In this document: piece after piece, positions 59,430 to 64,000 of the stretch | How the letters are laid out: every line of letters starts with the position of its first letter | How positions within the stretch are numbered: position 1 is the first letter of the stretch | Assembly (NCBI GenBank): GCA_963705705.1 | Contig: CAVPKK010000007.1 | Coordinates: forward strand, 1 to 64,000 | DNA: 64,000 nt | Source: an uncultured bacterium | GTDB lineage: Bacteria > Babelota > Babeliae > Babelales > JABCYS01 | Reading direction: 5' to 3' | Made by a program: the position numbers and the translations under genes | The notes under the pieces: generated by a model | What the model saw: only the letters and a program-made list of their open reading frames with translations | The model's database searches: none | What the model was told of the DNA's origin: nothing

Positions 59430-60563
59430 TTACTCTTGTTCTTCAAACAGTGCCGGCCAATGAGCAAACTGTTCTGGGATGGATTCAATGCATCGCCGCG
59501 AGTAATTAATACATTTCCTTAACTCTTTATAAATAGATTTGCGTTCCTTTTCTGGATAGGTACTTGCAAATCCATCAAAAAAATTAGAAACGGTAATATC
59601 GGTCCAAGCTGCTCGCACAGGTATAGGGAGTGCTTGGAGCCAACCCAATAAAAGCACCGTTATATCAGTATGACAGTCTTTTGGATTTACAACGCTCCTT
59701 GCCATACTTGCATTATCAATAAGAAACACTTGCCTTTGATCAATGGCATAAAATATATTTCCCGGATGAAGATCACCATGAGTTATGCTCTTGGGTAACG
59801 AGCCAGATTTTACACGCTTGCTGTAGCGCTTATAAAAATTGGCCATCGCGCGACCCAAATCAAAATAGCATTGCTTGATTGCATTACGAATTTTTTGGTC
59901 ACCCGTATTACGAGCAAACTGCTTAACGTAGCTTAAGATCGATTTGCCCGGAGCCTTGTGCATAAGCGAAAGTCTATGTTTTACACCGGCAAATTCATAT
60001 GATACATAGGCGAAAGGCAAAATGAGTTGAGGCTGGCCCGCCATATAATTGGGATACACAATAGGCAAGAGCGAATTGAAGGTACTAACCAGTTTCAATT
60101 TACCTATTTCCTCATTCTGTTTTAGACCTTTTAAAACAAAAGATTGTGGGGCAGTTTTACGACATTGATCAGGTGAGATATTGCATAACGATTGCATTTC
60201 ACATATAGATTCAATAATAAAAAGCTGATCCGTAAATGCCCCTTTTTCGGCCATTATACTCTTAACTCGCAAACACTCGGCATCACTAAATGCTGGCAAT
60301 TCATCTTTTGCCAGGGACGATACCAAAAAATATTTAACCGATTCCTCAGTTAAATAACCAAATTTATCTACAACAAATTTAGTGGGGAATCTATTTATTG
60401 AACGAAATAGTGTACCATCCGCAACAGTTGTAAATTCAACTTCTGTGGTTTCATTCTCGATCGCGATATTGGCGAAAGCGGCGCATGGCTGTATAACAAT
60501 TAAAGAAGTGACCAGAAGGAGAGTTCGGTAAATTAGGGCAAAACTCATACGCAGAAATAACAC
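59430..60563 (-). CDS. Exported APH/choline-kinase-like phosphotransferase
   Basis: FVLKG, MHKAPGKS, HGDLHPGNIF, LIDN; N-terminal signal peptide. Confidence 0.8.
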   Translation of the reverse strand: MLFLRMSFALIYRTLLLVTSLIVIQPCAAFANIAIENETTEVEFTTVADGTLFRSINRFPTKFVVDKFGYLTEESVKYFLVSSLAKDELPAFSDAECLRVKSIMAEKGAFTDQLFIIESICEMQSLCNISPDQCRKTAPQSFVLKGLKQNEEIGKLKLVSTFNSLLPIVYPNYMAGQPQLILPFAYVSYEFAGVKHRLSLMHKAPGKSILSYVKQFARNTGDQKIRNAIKQCYFDLGRAMANFYKRYSKRVKSGSLPKSITHGDLHPGNIFYAIDQRQVFLIDNASMARSVVNPKDCHTDITVLLLGWLQALPIPVRAAWTDITVSNFFDGFASTYPEKERKSIYKELRKCINYSRRCIESIPEQFAHWPALFEEQE

Positions 60564-60819
60564 GGCAACTCCTGTGAATTAATAATTACGCATTAATCAT
60601 AAGATCAGTGATTCAAGGAAAACAATAATTCAGTAGCAAAGCGGGCGATAATCGTTGTACCAAGCTATTTTTGTCTTCAAACGCTTAAAACAATATATTT
60701 TTTTAGGTTTCAGAAAAAACCTATTCCATAGATGGCCCAAGGCGCCACGATTTTGCAATGGTCAATACACTAACAAGCAAAACTCATGGCGAGCATATTT
60801 GACATCAATTCTTTGATTT

Positions 60820-61416
60820 TTATTTTTTTGGCACTTTTCGAGAAAGAAATGGATTGCCCAAGACTATAAATCGCCACAATTTTTCCTGCTGACGTGAAAT
60901 CCCGATCCTTGGCGTTGCAATAATTTTCTCCGGGACATATCCATCATCGGCGAGATATAGTGCGCCTTTTTTTGTAAGATCGATGCCATACAATTTTTTA
61001 TCGATTGCGAATGCCTTAGCCAATTTACCTGGCCCAGATGTTAATGCATGTAACGTTTTGGTTCCGCGAAGTTTTTCCATCATTGGGATTCCGTTGATTG
61101 GTTCGAGTGCGCGGATGAGCACTCCACCTGCTCTATTATTTCCGACATGTGAAACTACATTCAATGCATAGTGCATGCCGTACGTGAAGTACACATATGC
61201 ATGTCCCGGTTCGCCGAACAATGCTTCATTACTTTTTGTTTTTCCGCGATAGGCATGACTGGCTTGATCATTGGGATAGCTATACGCTTCGGTTTCAACT
61301 ATGCGCCCGATTAATGTTTCGTCATGAAAAATCCGAATCAATAATTTGCCCAAAAGCTGCTTTGCAACAACCTCTGGGCGATTTGTATAGAATTCACGTT
61401 TGAGTATTTTGGTCAC
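60820..61416 (-). CDS. DNA-3-methyladenine glycosylase (MPG/AAG family)
   Basis: VAKQLLGK, GRIVETEAY, AYVYFTYGMH, VLIRALEP, GPGKL, TPRIGIS; GTG start overlapping the upstream TAG. Confidence 0.95.
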   Translation of the reverse strand: MTKILKREFYTNRPEVVAKQLLGKLLIRIFHDETLIGRIVETEAYSYPNDQASHAYRGKTKSNEALFGEPGHAYVYFTYGMHYALNVVSHVGNNRAGGVLIRALEPINGIPMMEKLRGTKTLHALTSGPGKLAKAFAIDKKLYGIDLTKKGALYLADDGYVPEKIIATPRIGISRQQEKLWRFIVLGNPFLSRKVPKK

Positions 61417-61631
61417 TACAACGTGCATGATCCAACCGGGCCACAGCTCCACAAGCTCAGCAACACTACAATCCCAGAAGCGGCGACAATACCTCGCACA
61501 ATCTTGCCGACAGTAGCATTATGGTATGGTCCGCACTGATCGATACCGAATAACATTGCTCCAGCGTGCAATGCATATAATGAAACAATTATCTGTGACA
61601 CCGTGATTACGGCACTTGAAAGTACGATCAT
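61416..61631 (-). CDS. Small two-helix membrane protein (possibly DUF378-like)
   Basis: AAGGAG RBS before MIVLSS; two hydrophobic segments. Confidence 0.6.
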   Translation of the reverse strand: MIVLSSAVITVSQIIVSLYALHAGAMLFGIDQCGPYHNATVGKIVRGIVAASGIVVLLSLWSCGPVGSCTL

Positions 61632-61862
61632 TAAATTCTCCTTAATAAGTGGAATTAGTAACAGTACTCTTATACTATGCCCTCTAGCCCATGGCAAGCG
61701 AAGCCCTAGATTATGTATCGCTCCAGCCTTATTATGTGTCAAAAGATTTACGCAAATTCCCGAAAAACCCTGTATCGAGCAGCATAAACCTTTCTTTTTG
61801 ACTCCCGCTTTTGCTACCCTTGGTATTATCTCAACAAAGGAATCAACATAAAAGGATATCGT

Positions 61863-62849
61863 ATGATCAAGCGTCTATTATTATTTGTGATTGCAACTGG
61901 CTCGCTCCAGGCAATTACTTTCCGGTCTTATTATTATCTGCATGAAAAAGAGCTCCTGGCAGAGTTGCAAACGGGTAAATTAATTATTCCTGGAAAACGC
62001 ATAAGTTCGCTTGATGGGATGAACTCCACTTCCATTCCGGAGCTTAATAACTTACAAATTCTCAACTTAAGTGACAATGATCTGCCTGCGGATCTTCTAG
62101 ATGCCAACGGTTTTTACGGTTTTTCTTTCCCCCGGCTCCAGGTTATAAATCTCATCAATAATCCCATCGGATACAGCGAGCAAGAGCTCCGAGAATACCT
62201 AGAACTTCCTGATAACGTACAGCTCTTCTTCAAATCCTCCGCCCAACATGAACTCGAACAGCATCTTCTCACCGCCGTCCTAACGCTAGATGTTGATGAA
62301 GTGCTCCGACTATTGGACAACATAACTAATGGTACAATTACAGCGCCTTTCCACACGCTCATTCAGATTGATAAAATAGTTACACCAGAGCAATGGAACC
62401 TATTGCATCAGCTCGCCTTCGCCGCCGGTAGCCGTATAGAAGGAATCCGTCAGACGCTCAATGACCTTAACATTCAGGCTCGCGGCGCACCAGAATTACC
62501 TTCCGAACAGGAGCAGGGTTTATTGGAAGAATGGTCGGACACAACATCCAAAGCATTAAAAATCTTATTTGCGATCAATGCTGCAAGTCCACAAGCAATG
62601 CGAAATATGCTCACCGATCACGTAGAAGGTGATGTACCGATCGATACCTTACGCCAATATATACCCGAAGGTGGCGCGCTTGATACAGCCTTTGATGAGC
62701 TTACCGTTTGGTATTTAGAGCTGAAGAAAGGTCCAAACAATTCCCTGCAACGCACCATTAAAGAAGAAAAAGAATGGGTCTCTTCAATGGAAGAAGCGCC
62801 AACAGTCCCCATGCATGATGAAACCGAATCAGAATCAGAAGATACCTAA
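61863..62849 (+). CDS. Secreted short-LRR protein with ANK-like/coiled-coil domain
   Basis: GSLQA|ITFRSYY; 2-3 LRRs; NNPI..LFFK C-cap; divergent KIVTPEQWNLLH; acidic tail. Confidence 0.85.
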   Translation: MIKRLLLFVIATGSLQAITFRSYYYLHEKELLAELQTGKLIIPGKRISSLDGMNSTSIPELNNLQILNLSDNDLPADLLDANGFYGFSFPRLQVINLINNPIGYSEQELREYLELPDNVQLFFKSSAQHELEQHLLTAVLTLDVDEVLRLLDNITNGTITAPFHTLIQIDKIVTPEQWNLLHQLAFAAGSRIEGIRQTLNDLNIQARGAPELPSEQEQGLLEEWSDTTSKALKILFAINAASPQAMRNMLTDHVEGDVPIDTLRQYIPEGGALDTAFDELTVWYLELKKGPNNSLQRTIKEEKEWVSSMEEAPTVPMHDETESESEDT

Positions 62850-62870
62850 AAAACCATTACAAAGAACAAC

Positions 62871-63725
62871 ATGACACATCGACTTATATTATTATCCATT
62901 TTCATGATTGCCTCATCAGCCCAGGCCATCTCATTCCGCGACTATTATCAGCTCCAGGAAAAAACCATCCTCGCATCACTAAGCGAGGCACGACTCGATC
63001 TTTCCGGAAAACATCTCACTTCCCTGGACGGATTCAACCTCACCGACTCTCCCGAACTCGCCGCACTCCAGACCCTCAACCTCAACGACAACGACCTCAC
63101 ACACATTCCTTCACCATTTATTTTCCCCAATCTCAGCCGGATCTATCTCATCAACAATCCCATCCCGGGAACCACCGACCAACTCCGAGAGACACTCGGC
63201 CTCCCCAAACACACAACACTCTTTTTCAAGTCCACTGCCCAGGAACTATTCGAGGAACAGCTCACCAAGGCCGTATCATCACTCGACGTTGGCGCAGAGC
63301 AGCACCTCCTCAAAGAACTAACCAAGGGTATGATCACAGCACCATTCATCACACCCATTCAACTTGCTAAGATCCGTGATGCTCACGGCAACACGTTGCT
63401 CCATTTATTAGCTACGAGCGCCGGAAACTGCATAAAGATCATGCGCAACGTTGAAGAACTTTCTGAAATATGGTCTCTTGTAACTGATAACTCTCTCCAA
63501 GTCCTTTTTGCGCTCAACGGGGCAGACCAAAATGCTGTCCGTGAAATGCTTATAACTCGTAACCCGCAAGGACAAATCCCAGCAGAGATCATCTTGGATC
63601 TGGCAGGACCGGGCCCATTATATAAAGCCTTTATTAAACTCGCGCGCACCTATACCAATACGGAACCGATTCCAGAAGAAAGCGTTGCGACCATGGCGGA
63701 TGTAGAAGAGGAAATGGAAAAGTAG
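62871..63725 (+). CDS. Secreted short-LRR protein with ANK-like/coiled-coil domain
   Basis: SSAQA|ISFRDYY; 2-3 LRRs; KIRDAHGNTLLH; EMLITRNPQG. Confidence 0.88.
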   Translation: MTHRLILLSIFMIASSAQAISFRDYYQLQEKTILASLSEARLDLSGKHLTSLDGFNLTDSPELAALQTLNLNDNDLTHIPSPFIFPNLSRIYLINNPIPGTTDQLRETLGLPKHTTLFFKSTAQELFEEQLTKAVSSLDVGAEQHLLKELTKGMITAPFITPIQLAKIRDAHGNTLLHLLATSAGNCIKIMRNVEELSEIWSLVTDNSLQVLFALNGADQNAVREMLITRNPQGQIPAEIILDLAGPGPLYKAFIKLARTYTNTEPIPEESVATMADVEEEMEK

Positions 63726-64000
63726 ATAGAGAATAGAGTGCAGAAAATCTTGGTCCAAGTACGCAGAGCCGGCGCATTCCCGTTTAAGGAATTAATAATT
63801 TATTTCTTGTAAAGTCGTCGTTAAAAACAAATTTTTTTATATGGTTTTCAATCCCTAATTCATATTCGTATATATATAAGTGTGTTCCTATATATAGGTA
63901 ATTAATATAAATAACGTGTGTTGGTTCTTTTCGCGTGTGTGTATGAATGCGTGCGATTGGTATGTGTGGAGAGTAGGGATCTTTATCATATCCTTATATA

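Noticed and set aside
11226..61742. ORF-track N-terminal extensions (11226, 13081, 17343, 19982, 24992, 30105, 42649, 48103, 49779, 58238, 59427, 61452, 61742)
   Set aside because: Downstream starts have better RBS, promoter position, signal peptides or gene coupling.
7075..63649. Many 60-180 aa ORFs antisense to or overlapping long genes (e.g. 8708..9079, 16295..16666, 40230..40772, 62114..62362)
   Set aside because: Shadow frames of well-supported genes, favoured by LRR codon patterns and strand skew; no recognisable products.

Overview
Bacterial chromosomal segment, most genes on the minus strand. Its content (large arrays of signal-peptide-bearing leucine-rich-repeat and ankyrin-like proteins, archaeal/eukaryotic-type ProRS, CarD, rny-ymdB, dnaN-recF without dnaA/gyrB) suggests an intracellular protist-associated bacterium, most likely Candidatus Dependentiae/Babelota (inference, no marker gene search run). 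About 0-28 kb and 49.8-64 kb hold paralogous secreted proteins. About 29-49.7 kb is a housekeeping block (recF, dnaN, xerD, proS, Fic, M16 peptidase, ymdB, rny, zapA, rplT, rpmI, infC, recA, ppiD-like, SPOR, miaA, carD). The main result is a modular candidate effector toolkit with five parts: (i) an [A/G]-T-S motif at the predicted signal-peptide cleavage site of about 14 proteins from unrelated families; (ii) a conserved ~170-aa ankyrin-like/coiled-coil domain present 11 times behind variable LRR or ANK sensors; (iii) eukaryotic proteostasis-mimic modules (tandem ubiquitin-interacting motifs, HPD-less J-like domains, F-box-like motifs, bipartite NLS-like tails); (iv) a candidate caspase-fold protease; (v) a ~115-nt small RNA with its own promoter and terminator whose seed is complementary to the RBS+AUG of the two neighbouring UIM-LRR genes. 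Two families of dispersed structured repeats with compensatory base changes are also present. No rRNA, tRNA, CRISPR array, transposase or reverse transcriptase was recognised. All domain calls were made by eye.
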